From Eledone cirrhosa (lineage: Eukaryota), in assembly GCA_964016885.1 (NCBI GenBank), contig OZ024753.1, positions 40,858,001 to 40,922,000 on the forward strand: a stretch of DNA of 64,000 bases. The letters run 5' to 3'. The position numbers and the translations under genes are program-made. The notes under the pieces were generated by a model that was not told the DNA's origin, made no database searches, and saw only the letters and a list, made by a program, of their open reading frames with translations. Positions 1 to 12,633 of the stretch are shown in pieces; positions within the stretch are counted from its first letter, which is position 1; each line of letters begins with the position of its first letter.

Positions 1-82
1 TATGTATGTATATAACTCTGTCTTTAAATGTGTGTGCATAACTATATATTTATTATATATATACAAACAATCACACAGACAC

Positions 83-210
<128 letters not shown>

Positions 211-705
211 GTGTGTGTGTGTTTAATTTTTCTTCTGAAATATATTTTTCTTTATATTGTTGGCTTTTATTTTTATTTAATAACTATTATTTTCTCTTTT
301 TCTATCTGTGTTTGTTTTATTTTTGTTTTATATGGTTTTGTTTGTTTGTTTGTTTGTTTTCCCCTTTCTTAATTTGCAGGTGACTTTAATTATGAGAAAG
401 AAAATTCAAGAAAAGGTTTTAAAAATCACACTCACACAAACCACAAGATATAGAAAGAGTTTTCACTTGTGCTATTTCTTTAATAATATATTATGATAAT
501 TAGAATAATTAGTATGCCGAATTGGTAGAAATCGTAGAGGAGCGACCAAGATCGCCCTGCGGTGATTCGGTACGTCTCTTTGTCTTCGGAATTCCGAATC
601 CCAACGCAATCGACTTTCAGCCAATATCCTTAACATTAACACCATAAATAAAAATTTTGACGAAATAATCGACTGCACTTTCTCCCAAAATGTGCTGTCT
701 GTTAC

Positions 706-737
<32 letters not shown>

Positions 738-878
738 ACAAATAGGGTGTAATAAGATCCCTGGTGGTAATGGAGTAGTTACATTTTGTGTTGTTCACTT
801 TGTAATTAAATACCTCTGTTCTATACATAGAGCACTCTTTTTTCCTTTGCTTTTCCTTCGGAATTACTTAACACACAC

Positions 879-960
<82 letters not shown>

Positions 961-1159
961 AGGAAGTTATAGTTCACTTGAATTATTATGTAATGAGGTA
1001 TAAACGTTTGTAGTTGTAAGGCCAAAACAATGCAGGTTTGGATATAGAATATAAATGCAAATGCAAAAGATATTGTTCACAATTAGTCTTTTGCCATAAA
1101 TTTATTTAAATAAGGTAAAAGAATAATTGTCAACAATATCTATATATATATAACAATAT

Positions 1160-1198
<39 letters not shown>

Positions 1199-1238
1199 GA
1201 CAGCTGAAAATTGCACACTTGACTGTCACCACTGAATA

Positions 1239-1277
1239 TGAACCTGAAGATTGTGAAAGCATGAAAGTACTCGTTCA
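1239..1277 (+). ncRNA. Minimal type I hammerhead ribozyme motif (PLE-type)
   Basis: TGAAC-CTGAAGA-TTGT GAAA GCAT-GAAA-GTAC-TC-GTTCA: 5-bp stem I, CUGANGA core, stem II with GAAA tetraloop, 1-bp stem III with palindromic AGTACT, predicted cleavage after C1272. Confidence 0.65.
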
Positions 1278-1344
1278 ATTAACATTTAACATTTAATATT
1301 CTACCATACTATTCTACCATATAATATCATTATAATTTTAAAAA

Positions 1345-1535
1345 GGCGGTGGATTGGCAGTATCGGTAGAGGGTCGCACGCCATGCTTTGATGCATAGAG
1401 TTACGGCCCTTGCCATTCTGAGTTCAAATCCCGCCGAGGTTAACTTTGCCTTTCATCCTTACGGGGTCGATAAAATAAAGTACCAGTAATGCACTGTGTA
1501 ATTGCTGGCCTTGTGCTAAAAGTAGAAACAATTAT
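1345..1535 (+). mobile_element. tRNA-derived SINE, full length (dominant family)
   Basis: A box TGGCAGTATCGG, B box GAGTTCAAATC, central AACTTTGCCTTTCATCCTTACGGGGTCGATAAAATAAAGTACC, tail GTAGAAACAATTAT; 13-bp TSD ATTATAATTTTAA (1329-1341/1531-1543). Confidence 0.9.
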
Positions 1536-1592
1536 AATTTTAATGGATTGTAAAAAATACGAGTAAATCAGACAAAGTTGGAATTCCTTTTA

Positions 1593-1666
<74 letters not shown>

Positions 1667-2706
1667 TGTGAGAGAGAGAGTGAGTGTGTGTAAGAGTGTA
1701 TATGTGTGTGCGTGTGAGTCTCTGTCTGCATGTGTCACTAAATAAAACCAATATAGGTTGCGTGTCTAATTTGACTTATAGGCTTGTATAAAATATAAGT
1801 AGAATATGTCTTTGTTATAGTCGTAGGTGGTGGCGTTGAGGATAGAGTATTGTGTTGTGGTAATAGTGTGTGTGTATAGCGCTTGTGATAGTGTGTGTGT
1901 GGTGCTTGTGGTAATGGTGTGTGCGTTTAGTGCTTGTGAAAGTGCCGTGGCACTAGTGTATGTGTGTGGTGTTCGTGATAGTGTTTAGAAGCTGGTAGAG
2001 GTGTCAGGTTCTGGTGCAGTCTTGGTTTGATGCAAATATGACTAAATATATAATCGAATGCACTGGTTAATTAGGCGGAAAAAAGCAATTGCAGCGTACT
2101 GGTGTCGCTAAATCGCACAAGAAGTTACAAGCGGAGAGTAGCAGAAGCATATCAGAATATATCGAATTAAAAACAAATAAAGCGAGAAAAATGCAACAAA
2201 GAATTATAAGCAGAAGGAAAAAAATATATATATAAAAACAATAATGTTGTCACAAACGCCACCATATTCTTACAAAAGAGCACGGAGTGTACGAAGACAG
2301 ACATGCAAGTATGGCGTTCGGCATAGTCAGAAAGTGAGACAGCGATGTAAGATGTCGGCAGGAAGGGAGAGAAGCGAGTAGAGAAACAGGGAAAGCAGAG
2401 AAAGCAGGGAAAGAAGGGAAAGTAGGGAAAATAGATGCCTGCTCATGGAAGAGTATTTGGATCGTATCGAGCTTGGATTGTGTGTGTTTGTGTGTTTCCA
2501 TCTAGCTGTTATATTGAATATCAATCACTCTATGACATTGTTTTCTGATAATATCTATTATAGGAGTATGTGTATGTGCGTGTGTGTGTGTGTACATAAA
2601 CATACACACACAGTCTTACATATCCCCACATATATGCGTACATACACATGGGCACCTACGCATATGCACACACACTCACACGCACATTCATATATATATA
2701 TATATT

Positions 2707-2742
<36 letters not shown>

Positions 2743-2793
2743 AGGCAAATTCTACTTTGATACCGAGTGCACATTCTCACATTCGTCAAAACG

Positions 2794-2834
<41 letters not shown>

Positions 2835-2882
2835 GTGTGTGTGTGTATACAACTTGCATAGATTCATTCATTCAAGAATGTA

Positions 2883-2923
<41 letters not shown>

Positions 2924-2933
2924 ATATATTTAT

Positions 2934-2967
<34 letters not shown>

Positions 2968-2984
2968 CGTATATATATATAAAC

Positions 2985-3029
<45 letters not shown>

Positions 3030-3528
3030 CATACATACATACATACATACATACATACATACATACATACATACATACATACATACATACATACATACAT
3101 ACATACATTTTTTTTTTATATGTATATTTATATTTATATTACAATATAGTAATATTTCTGAATCAATCAGTATGTGCCTATGCATATATTAATTAAATGG
3201 TTTGTACAATATTATGTTCGATGCGGCTTTGTTCCTACACAGCTCTAATTAAATTAGATACGAACACATACCACATAGAGTAAGGTGTCGGAGAGTCGGG
3301 TCGACTGACTCTACGTAGACAGAAATATTAATCAAAACTTCACTTCTACCAACAACACAATATTAACAGTGTTACAACTACAAGCAACAAGGCCGACGCC
3401 ATTGTTGTGTTCATCACCGCAACGTTGAGGGATATTGGCTACCATTATCACGATTTCACAAAATCGGTGCCATTGTTAACCCGACTACCGAAACACCACC
3501 ATCATCATCATCATCAACACACACACAC

Positions 3529-3571
<43 letters not shown>

Positions 3572-3572
<1 letters not shown>

Positions 3573-3760
3573 AGGTCCCGGGTTGAGTCGGGGATAACCA
3601 CAGTAAGTAAGGTACTCAATACATGGCAGAGTAAAATTTTTTTATTTTATAGAAGGAGCTTCTACAGGACTAGTACTGTTTCATTCAGATGAAATCTTCA
3701 GGAAGCTCTTCCTGAAGATTTCATCTGAATGAAACAGTACTAGTCCTGTAGAAGCTCCTT

Positions 3761-3765
<5 letters not shown>
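3572..3765. mobile_element. Palindromic PLE pLTR-like element, family A, with two back-to-back hammerheads
   Basis: Inverted repeat centred ~3708; tail GTATTGAGTACCTTACTTACTGTGGTTATCCCCGACTCAACCCGGGACCTAC on minus; same family at 39792 and 56846; (TA)n flanks. Confidence 0.75.
3656..3708 (-). ncRNA. Type I hammerhead ribozyme (family A)
   Basis: Minus strand reads GAGCTTC CTGAAGA TTTCATCTGAAT GAA ACAG TACTAGTC CTGT A GAAGCTC: 7-bp stem I, 4-bp stem III, GUA cleavage triplet. Confidence 0.8.
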
Positions 3766-3793
<28 letters not shown>

Positions 3794-3797
<4 letters not shown>

Positions 3798-3892
3798 ATA
3801 ATAATAAATTTGAAGACGAAAATCCAAAGAGGGCTCGATAAGGATAAATATATATCAAATATATAAGAACCGTAGAGCAAATATTTATTTTA

Positions 3893-3895
<3 letters not shown>
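3794..3895 (-). mobile_element. Dispersed (TA)n-flanked repeat, family D (probable PLE 3' end)
   Basis: Reverse complement of ~25320-25418; related piece at 18519-18575. Confidence 0.55.
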
Positions 3896-3966
<71 letters not shown>

Positions 3967-3969
<3 letters not shown>

Positions 3970-4166
3970 AAAAAGTATAACCACGACGGCAGAGCTCAAT
4001 CCGTTTCGACGGCTATTTCTGGACTCAGAAAGTCCAGAAATAGCCGTCGAATCGGCTTGAGCTCTGCCCTCGGGGTCATACTTTTCCTATTTCCCACTCT
4101 ACTACCCTAAGTATTGAGTACTCTGGTGCGTTATGGTCCATCTGGTTCCTTACCACAATTCCTTTG

Positions 4167-4168
<2 letters not shown>
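3967..4168 (+). mobile_element. Palindromic PLE pLTR-like element, family C
   Basis: Inverted repeat ...GACGGCAGAGCTCAATCCGTTTCGACGGCT.../...AGCCGTCGAATCGGCTTGAGCTCTGCC..., tail CACTCTACTACCCTAAGTATTGAGTAC...CCTTTGTTATA; ~9 copies in window, all in (TA)n. Confidence 0.75.
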
Positions 4169-4260
<92 letters not shown>

Positions 4261-4278
4261 GTTTATATATATATACAT

Positions 4279-4371
<93 letters not shown>

Positions 4372-4716
4372 TATATAAATAAAATTAATTTTACACATCT
4401 GATGATGTCCTCAACCAGATCTGTTGATTTCATCGGTTAAATTCCAATAACTAATTTGTTTATGTTGCTTGTGTGTGTGTATGTGTGTGTGTGTGTGTGT
4501 GTGTTTAGAAGTGACGTATATGATTAATTCGATCAGAATCCAATAATGAAATTTACATATGTATTCGTCGATCATAAATACACACATGTATATAGATACA
4601 TATACATAATATATATATATATATATATATATATTTATGTGTGTGTGTGTGTGTTTATGTATGTATATATACATACATACACACGCATATATATAGATAC
4701 ATATACATATATATAC

Positions 4717-4807
<91 letters not shown>

Positions 4808-4869
4808 TTGTGTGTGTGTGTTTATGTATGTATATATACATACATACACATATATATAAATACATATAC

Positions 4870-4930
<61 letters not shown>

Positions 4931-4946
4931 ATATATATATATTTAT

Positions 4947-4979
<33 letters not shown>

Positions 4980-5348
4980 GTATATATACATACATACATA
5001 CAAACATATATACATATACTGATGCAGGATCACGTTTCTGCTTTCTGATAATCATCTAAAGGTTTTGGGTAAAAATTCCAATTTCTGATGACAACATATT
5101 TTACAACTGGAAATATATATCTTATTTCCTGACCTAACATTTGATCTCTTCCTGAACCTTTATCTTTTCTTAACTCCGCCATTTTGAAATATATCTCCTA
5201 CACCTTCATCACTTCGCTGGGGTTTCTTTTTATATTTCTTAAATTATTATTATTGTCATTGTTGATGCTGTTGTTGTTGTTGGTGGTGGTGGTGGTGGTA
5301 GTGGTGGTGGTGGTGGTAGTGGTGTTGATTTTGTTGTTGATGTTGTTG

Positions 5349-5820
5349 TTAGAGTCGAATAACTTGTATTACGGCATAAAGTTACGGCTCTTTACGTTCT
5401 GAGTTCAAATCCCGCCGAGGTTAACTTTGCCTTTCATCCCTACGGGGTCGTTAAAATAAAGTACCAGTCACGCACTGGGGTCAATTTAATCGACTTCCCC
5501 TTCCCCCAAATTACTGGCTTCGTGCCTATATATGAAACCATTATTATTATTGTTGTTGTTGGTGGTGGTGGTGGTGATGGTGGTGGTGGTGGTGGTGTTA
5601 TTGTTGATGTTGTTGATTTTGCTGATGTTGTTGTTAGAGTCGGATAACATGTATTACGGCATAAAGTTACGGCTCTTTACATTTTGAGTTCAAATCCCAC
5701 CAAGGTTAATTTTGCCTTTCATCTTTATGGGATCGTTAAAATAAAGTACCAGTAATGCAATGGGGTCGATTTAATCGACTTTCCCCTCTCCTAAAATGTG
5801 TTGGCCTTGTGTCTAAACCA
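5349..5820 (+). mobile_element. Two tandem 5'-degenerate SINE copies
   Basis: GAGTTCAAATCCC...AATAAAGTACCAGT twice, each preceded by a similar (GGT/GTT)n tract (local duplication). Confidence 0.8.
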
Positions 5821-5912
5821 ACAACATCTGAAAAGAATTTCGTTCGTTCGTCTACATGTGTGTTTGTGAGCTTGTGTATATTTCAAAATAAGTGTTTTCA
5901 TGTATGTACATG

Positions 5913-6036
<124 letters not shown>

Positions 6037-6454
6037 TGTGTGTGTGTGTGTGTATCTGTGTGTCTGTGTGTGTGGGTGGGGGGTTTTCTATTTGGAATTT
6101 GGATGTATGCACGTGCAGATTTTGATTCACATTGGTTGTTATTTTTGCTATTTAAAGATGTTTTATAGCGAACTCTGTCTAAATCGAACTGACAGCCATC
6201 AAACTGGAAAGTCGGAATGGAGACAATTCTAAGTCTAAGCCATATTAGGTGGGGTTTAGAAGCAAAGAGAACAACACAGAAGACTCAAGAGACTACAAGA
6301 AGTAGAAGAAGAATTAGAAAGAATAAAAGAAAACAAGGGAAGTGAAATAAATGTAGATCGATACCATGGCAACGGAATTTTTGTATTGAGGGAAAAAATA
6401 ACTAACATCATCAGCATCGTCTAAAACAATATCCTCATAACAATGATTAGTCTT

Positions 6455-6467
6455 ATTGTTGTTGTTG

Positions 6468-6534
<67 letters not shown>

Positions 6535-6538
6535 CATC

Positions 6539-6610
<72 letters not shown>

Positions 6611-6626
6611 GTCATCATCATCATCA

Positions 6627-6663
<37 letters not shown>

Positions 6664-6757
6664 ACAAAGAAGAAGAAGAAGAAGAAGAAGAAGAAGAAGA
6701 AGAAGAAGAAGAAGAAGAAGAAGAAGAAGAAGAAGAAGAAGAAGAAGAAGAAGAAGA
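6455..6757. repeat. Compound trinucleotide microsatellite (TTG)(TTA)(TCA)(TCG)(GAA)
   Basis: Directly visible; source of homopolymeric ORFs. Confidence 0.95.
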
Positions 6758-7202
6758 CAAGATCGACAAAGATGGCGGTACTTACATAATGACCTCAATA
6801 ATCGATGGTATTTTAAAGGAATAGCAATAAATAGTAGTTTCAACTAAGTTATAATAGAATTACGTAACTTAATAATCATAACTTACTAAAAATTGATTGG
6901 AAACAACTGATGGTAATGATATTACTAACAATAACTCTACTGTTATTGATGCTGTTTATGATGATGATGTTTCTGGTGCATCGGCTAAAGTTGGAAAGTA
7001 AAACAATATATTATTCTACTGAACTATAATATAGATCTGTTATTATAACCACACAAGATGTATTGCCACAGCCAGATGTAATAAATTATCAAAAGGGTTT
7101 TATGTCTTTAGGAACTAAACAAATAAACATGTCATAATGAATTAAGAAAAACTGATATCCCACTTAATACGTATATGTGAATTATGATATAGATATATAC
7201 TG

Positions 7203-7295
<93 letters not shown>

Positions 7296-7297
<2 letters not shown>

Positions 7298-7404
7298 AAT
7301 ATAGAAATGGCTTCTACAGGACTAGAAATGCTTCATCAGGAAGGGCTTTCCGATGATTTCTTCGGAATGAAACAGTTCTAGTCCTGTAGAAGCCATTTCT
7401 GTAT

Positions 7405-7410
<6 letters not shown>
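7296..7410. mobile_element. Palindromic PLE-like element, family B, degenerate hammerhead
   Basis: ATAGAAATGGCTTCTACAGGACTAG ... GAAACAGTTCTAGTCCTGTAGAAGCCATTTCT; core mutated to CCGATGA. Confidence 0.65.
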
Positions 7411-7440
<30 letters not shown>

Positions 7441-8131
7441 TGTATGTATGTATGTATGTATGTATATATGTATATATATATCCACGTACATTGGGAGTGC
7501 AAACGGAAGGGAAGAGTGTTCAATACAAAACTAGAATATATTATATGAAATATAGAACAACATATATTCAATACATATTCTCAATACATATGCTTCACTC
7601 ACAAAGTTGGCTTAAAATCGTTGATAATTATTTAATTATCAAAAGGAAAGACAAAAAGAAAATTCAGTAATGAGAAAAGGGGAAAGGGCAGATCTGGCTG
7701 TATGGGAAAATAGAGGGAAGGACTATAAATGTCAGAAATGAGAGGAAAAGGAGGGAAAAACCAAGTACTCTTGGGTCATAGAAGAAATAGAAGGAGAAGG
7801 AAAGATGGTGATGGGGTGTCGGTAAACCTAAGGTGGGGAAATGTTTTGGCTGCGCCCCGTGGACAAAACTGCGAGTTTTGTGGTTTTAGACCTACAGAGT
7901 ATTCACCCACAAAAATTCTGTGTAAAAAGCAACAGAAATTTTAGCATTTCTCTGTATGAGAAATGCTAAAATGTGAAAAGACGTAGGGTTAAAAAGCAAC
8001 ACGAGTACTTTTGCATTTAAATTACATTCCAGGTATAGGCTTAAAAACAAAATGCGTGTGTATGTGTATGTGTTTGTGTGTGTCTGCATATACATGGTAT
8101 ATATGCAATTCAAGGAGACAACAAACAGAGG

Positions 8132-8258
<127 letters not shown>

Positions 8259-8544
8259 GTGTGTATGTATATATGTATATATATATGCGTATATTTCTTT
8301 ATTGTCAAGCTAAATTACGTATTACGTATGAAAGGCAACATTACAAGGAATAAATGATAAGGTAAAGTAATTAGAGAATATAATTTATTGACAGACATTA
8401 AGGGAGAAAGTATGAAGTGGGAAAGAAAATCAATACGAGGCGAGAACGTACAACTATAGAGATGAAAAACTAACAGCTGCCCTCCGAAAATATAAAGCCG
8501 ATATAGGAAAAGGAAACTAACTAATTTCTCTTTCTTTGGCACTT

Positions 8545-8645
8545 TTTGGCACTCCTTCGGTTACGACGATGAGTGTTCCAGTTGATGACGTTCAATAGAA
8601 CAGCCTCCTCGTGAAATTAACAGACAAGTGGCTGAGCATTCCACA
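8545..8645 (+). mobile_element. Fragment of a second SINE-like repeat family
   Basis: GGCACTCCTTCGGTTACGACGATGAGTGTTCCAGTTGAT...GTGAAATTAAC...AAGTGGCTGAGCATTCCACA resembles a common octopus repeat (recalled, not verified). Confidence 0.5.
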
Positions 8646-8812
8646 AGATTTATAGATTTATTTCAATTGTGAACCAAATTGATACATTAAGTGAGTGAGT
8701 CATAACTGGAGATCGCTGAAATAATATCAGTGACTTTATTAAACCCTGTTTATATGTATATACATATCTATCTATCTATCTATATATCTATGTATCACCC
8801 CCACCCCCACCC

Positions 8813-8896
<84 letters not shown>

Positions 8897-9408
8897 ATAT
8901 ATATGCAAAGTTTTCGGGACATCCTGTAGATATATACAGGATGTCCCGATTATGTATACACACTTTAACAGCATTCTAATCAAAGTGTGTATATATATAT
9001 ATATATATATATAAATGAGACGTATAGAGATTGTTTTAGCAAGAAGCTAACGGCATTCTATAACATATATGCGACTATATATATATATATATATATATGA
9101 TATGATATGATATAATATATATATAGATATGATGGACAGAAATGTGTATATGTTTGTGTGTTGTGTTTGTGTGTTTGTAAGTCTGTGTGTCTGTATCTTT
9201 GTCTGTTATCGGAACCAAAAGAATGCAAATATTTTAATCAAGATATTAAGGCTGTAGATTCTAATGAATTCAGGAACATGAGTCCGCAGAAATATCATAG
9301 AAACTATTAATCACAAAGATATGAATTCCTGCAAAAACTACTATCTCAAACAGTCCCAGCAGACCAATACATAACCATAGAAACAAAGAAATATGTGTAT
9401 ATATATAT

Positions 9409-9445
<37 letters not shown>

Positions 9446-9518
9446 GGGGGGGGGGGGGGGGTATTGTGTATACAAATAATATATATACATATATATATAT
9501 AGAGAGAGAAATATATAC

Positions 9519-9587
<69 letters not shown>

Positions 9588-9610
9588 TTTATATGTATAT
9601 ATATATATAT

Positions 9611-9802
9611 AACGAAGGAAATGTGGTAAGGAACCAGGTGGACCATAACGCACCAAAGTACTCAATACTTAGGGTAGTAGAGTGGGTAATAGGGACGAGT
9701 AGGACCCCGACAGCTGAGCTCAAGCCGTTTCGACGGCTAATTCAGTCCAGAATTAGACGTCGAAACGGCTTGAGCTCAGCCGTCGGGGTCCTACTCGTTC
9801 CT
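9611..9802 (-). mobile_element. PLE pLTR-like element, family C
   Basis: Same tail and palindrome as 3967; GAAACGGCTTGAGCTCAGCCGTC at 9762-9784. Confidence 0.8.
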
Positions 9803-9816
9803 ATATATATATACAC

Positions 9817-10005
9817 ATAGAAATGGCTTCTGCAGAACTAGAACTGTTTCATTCGGGAGAAATCATCAGGAAGGGCTTCCTGATGATTTCTCCGAGTGAA
9901 ACAGTTTTAGTCCTGTAGAAGCCATTTCTATATTAAATATCTATACTCTGCTATGTATTGAGTACCTTACTACTGTGGTTACCCCGATTGAAGCCGAGAT
10001 AAACA
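9817..10005 (+). mobile_element. PLE pLTR-like element, family B
   Basis: Inverted repeat around 9872 plus tail CTATGTATTGAGTACCTTACTACTGTGGTTACCCCG homologous to the family A tail. Confidence 0.75.
9874..9923 (+). ncRNA. Type I hammerhead ribozyme (family B)
   Basis: GGCTTC CTGATGA TTTCTCCGAGT GAA ACAG TTTTAGTC CTGT A GAAGCC: 6-bp stem I, canonical core, GUA triplet. Confidence 0.75.
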
Positions 10006-10681
10006 TATATATATAGAGAGGAGGATGGAATCACTCTTGCCTATTCTACCAGTTCCCATACTATTCGTATAAATACATTTTTCTACTATTGGCACAAGGC
10101 AGCAATTATCCCAATGCATTACTGGTACTTTATTTTATCGTCCCCGTCATGATGAAAGACAAAGTTTAACCTCGATGGGATTTACACTCAGACCATAAAG
10201 GGGTGTAACCTTTATATATATACATAATATAGAATTTTATCGATTTTTTTAAGGTGTGTGTGTGGGGGGGGGGGGTAATGAAACCAATTATTGACAGGTC
10301 AATTCATTTAATTCTTCGATCCTCCAGAGGGACAGAATCAATATTAGACTCCAGTGAGATCAGAACTGAGAAATTTAAAGATATCCCTAAATATCGTATG
10401 CTAGTTTCTCTACTGTTCTACTGCCTCTGCCAATCGTCCGAACCCTTAAACAAAAAAATGTAATATCAACTAGCAATACTTGTCACGCTGTGAAGGGGCT
10501 TCATTCACTCTTTGTGATTATCGCGGCAACAATCTTATAAACCTTCAGGGTTGTCTTGTACCGGAAGCTTGAGAAACCAGTGTCCATTTTAAACACGTGA
10601 TGTGCCTTTCCTTTATGCCTCCTCTTACCTCTTTACCTCTTACCACTTACCTCTTCTACACTTGCATGCACATGCACATAC

Positions 10682-10719
<38 letters not shown>

Positions 10720-11181
10720 CGATATACGTTTGTATGTGTTTATATGAATTGTTTGTTTCAGTATAGGATCACGCACCCACACGCACACACATACACACAC
10801 ACTCATTCTCTCTCTCTGACCCCCCCCCCCCCCTCTCTATCTTTCCCTCTCTCCCTCGCTTTCTCTCTCTCTCTCTCACACACACACACTTTCTCCCCCC
10901 CCCTCTCTCCCTCGCTTTCTCTCTCTCTCACACACACACACACTTCCTCCCCTTCTCTCTCTCGCACACACACACACACACTTTCTCTCTCTTTCTCTCT
11001 GTCACACACACACTCCCCCCCCCCACACACACACACTCACAGACACACACACTGTCCCTTTTTTTCTCACAGACACAAGCGCATACTCAGACACAAGCGC
11101 ATACTCAGACACTTACACAAACACATACATATGTGTGGTACGGCATACTTAGATATATATCTAGTCTGACGGTGTGTATAT

Positions 11182-11271
<90 letters not shown>

Positions 11272-11470
11272 TTACTATACTCATAAATCTGGTGTGAGTC
11301 TGAGAGTGTGTGTATATCTGTTCCCAACTATAAGTACTGTTGATATTATGGAGACTGCTGCATGCACCGGTTATACACAGGGATGTCTGTCTGTTTGTAT
11401 CAATACGCTCCACTACATAGTTGGGTGTTTAAACAATTTCAGTCGGTAATCCACTTCATATAGGTGCTCG

Positions 11471-11527
<57 letters not shown>

Positions 11528-11665
11528 TCACACACGTACACACATACATGCAAACTCATGCATATATATATATATATTTATATATACACATATATATATA
11601 CATATATATATTCACACACCATCACTCTCTCTCACTCTCGCTCTCTCTCACTCTCTCTCGCTCAT

Positions 11666-11729
<64 letters not shown>

Positions 11730-11751
11730 ACACACAATCACATGTACACAT

Positions 11752-11791
<40 letters not shown>

Positions 11792-11842
11792 GTATGTACG
11801 CGCACACACACACATATTTATCTATAGATGTGTATGAATATG

Positions 11843-11921
<79 letters not shown>

Positions 11922-12014
11922 GTATGTGTGTATGTTCTAAACATACACAAAGACATCTTCACACATATACACAAGTCAATGTGCATATATATATACATAC
12001 ATACATACACACTT

Positions 12015-12114
<100 letters not shown>

Positions 12115-12276
12115 GTGTGTGTGTATGTATAAATCTATGCACATTGACTTGTGTATATGTGTGAAGATGTCTTTGTGTATGTTTAGAACATTTTGTTTTA
12201 TTTTATTTCCATTACGTATTATTATTACTATCATCATCATCATTATCATCATCATCATCACCACCACCCTCCTCCG

Positions 12277-12335
<59 letters not shown>

Positions 12336-12564
12336 CCTTTGCCAGTGGTCGTTCCGGAAACCAACTCACCATTTCTTATCGTCTGCTATCTTACTGAACT
12401 CTTCCACAACTATCTGTTTGAGAAAAAGAGATCCCCATAGAATTCCCAGCAAACTCTTATCAATGTTTACTCGGACCAAATTCACGTCTTCTTCTTCCGC
12501 CATTATCTCTATTTCTCTGTATCACACCTCTCTCTCTCTATCTCTCTCTCTATATCTCACTCTC

Positions 12565-12633
<69 letters not shown>

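Noticed and set aside
380-453. Possible terminal exon after TTTGCAG (DFNYEKENSRKGFKNHTHTNHKI*)
   Set aside because: Acceptor-like site only; too short and no upstream exon in the window
1345-1440. SINE heads as genuine tRNA genes
   Set aside because: A/B boxes present but no canonical cloverleaf; always joined to SINE body and tail
5080-5125. CTGATGA...GAAA motif
   Set aside because: No stem I complementarity
7995-8040. Hammerhead-like AAAAGTACTCGTG on minus
   Set aside because: Core too degenerate (no CTGANGA or GAAA)
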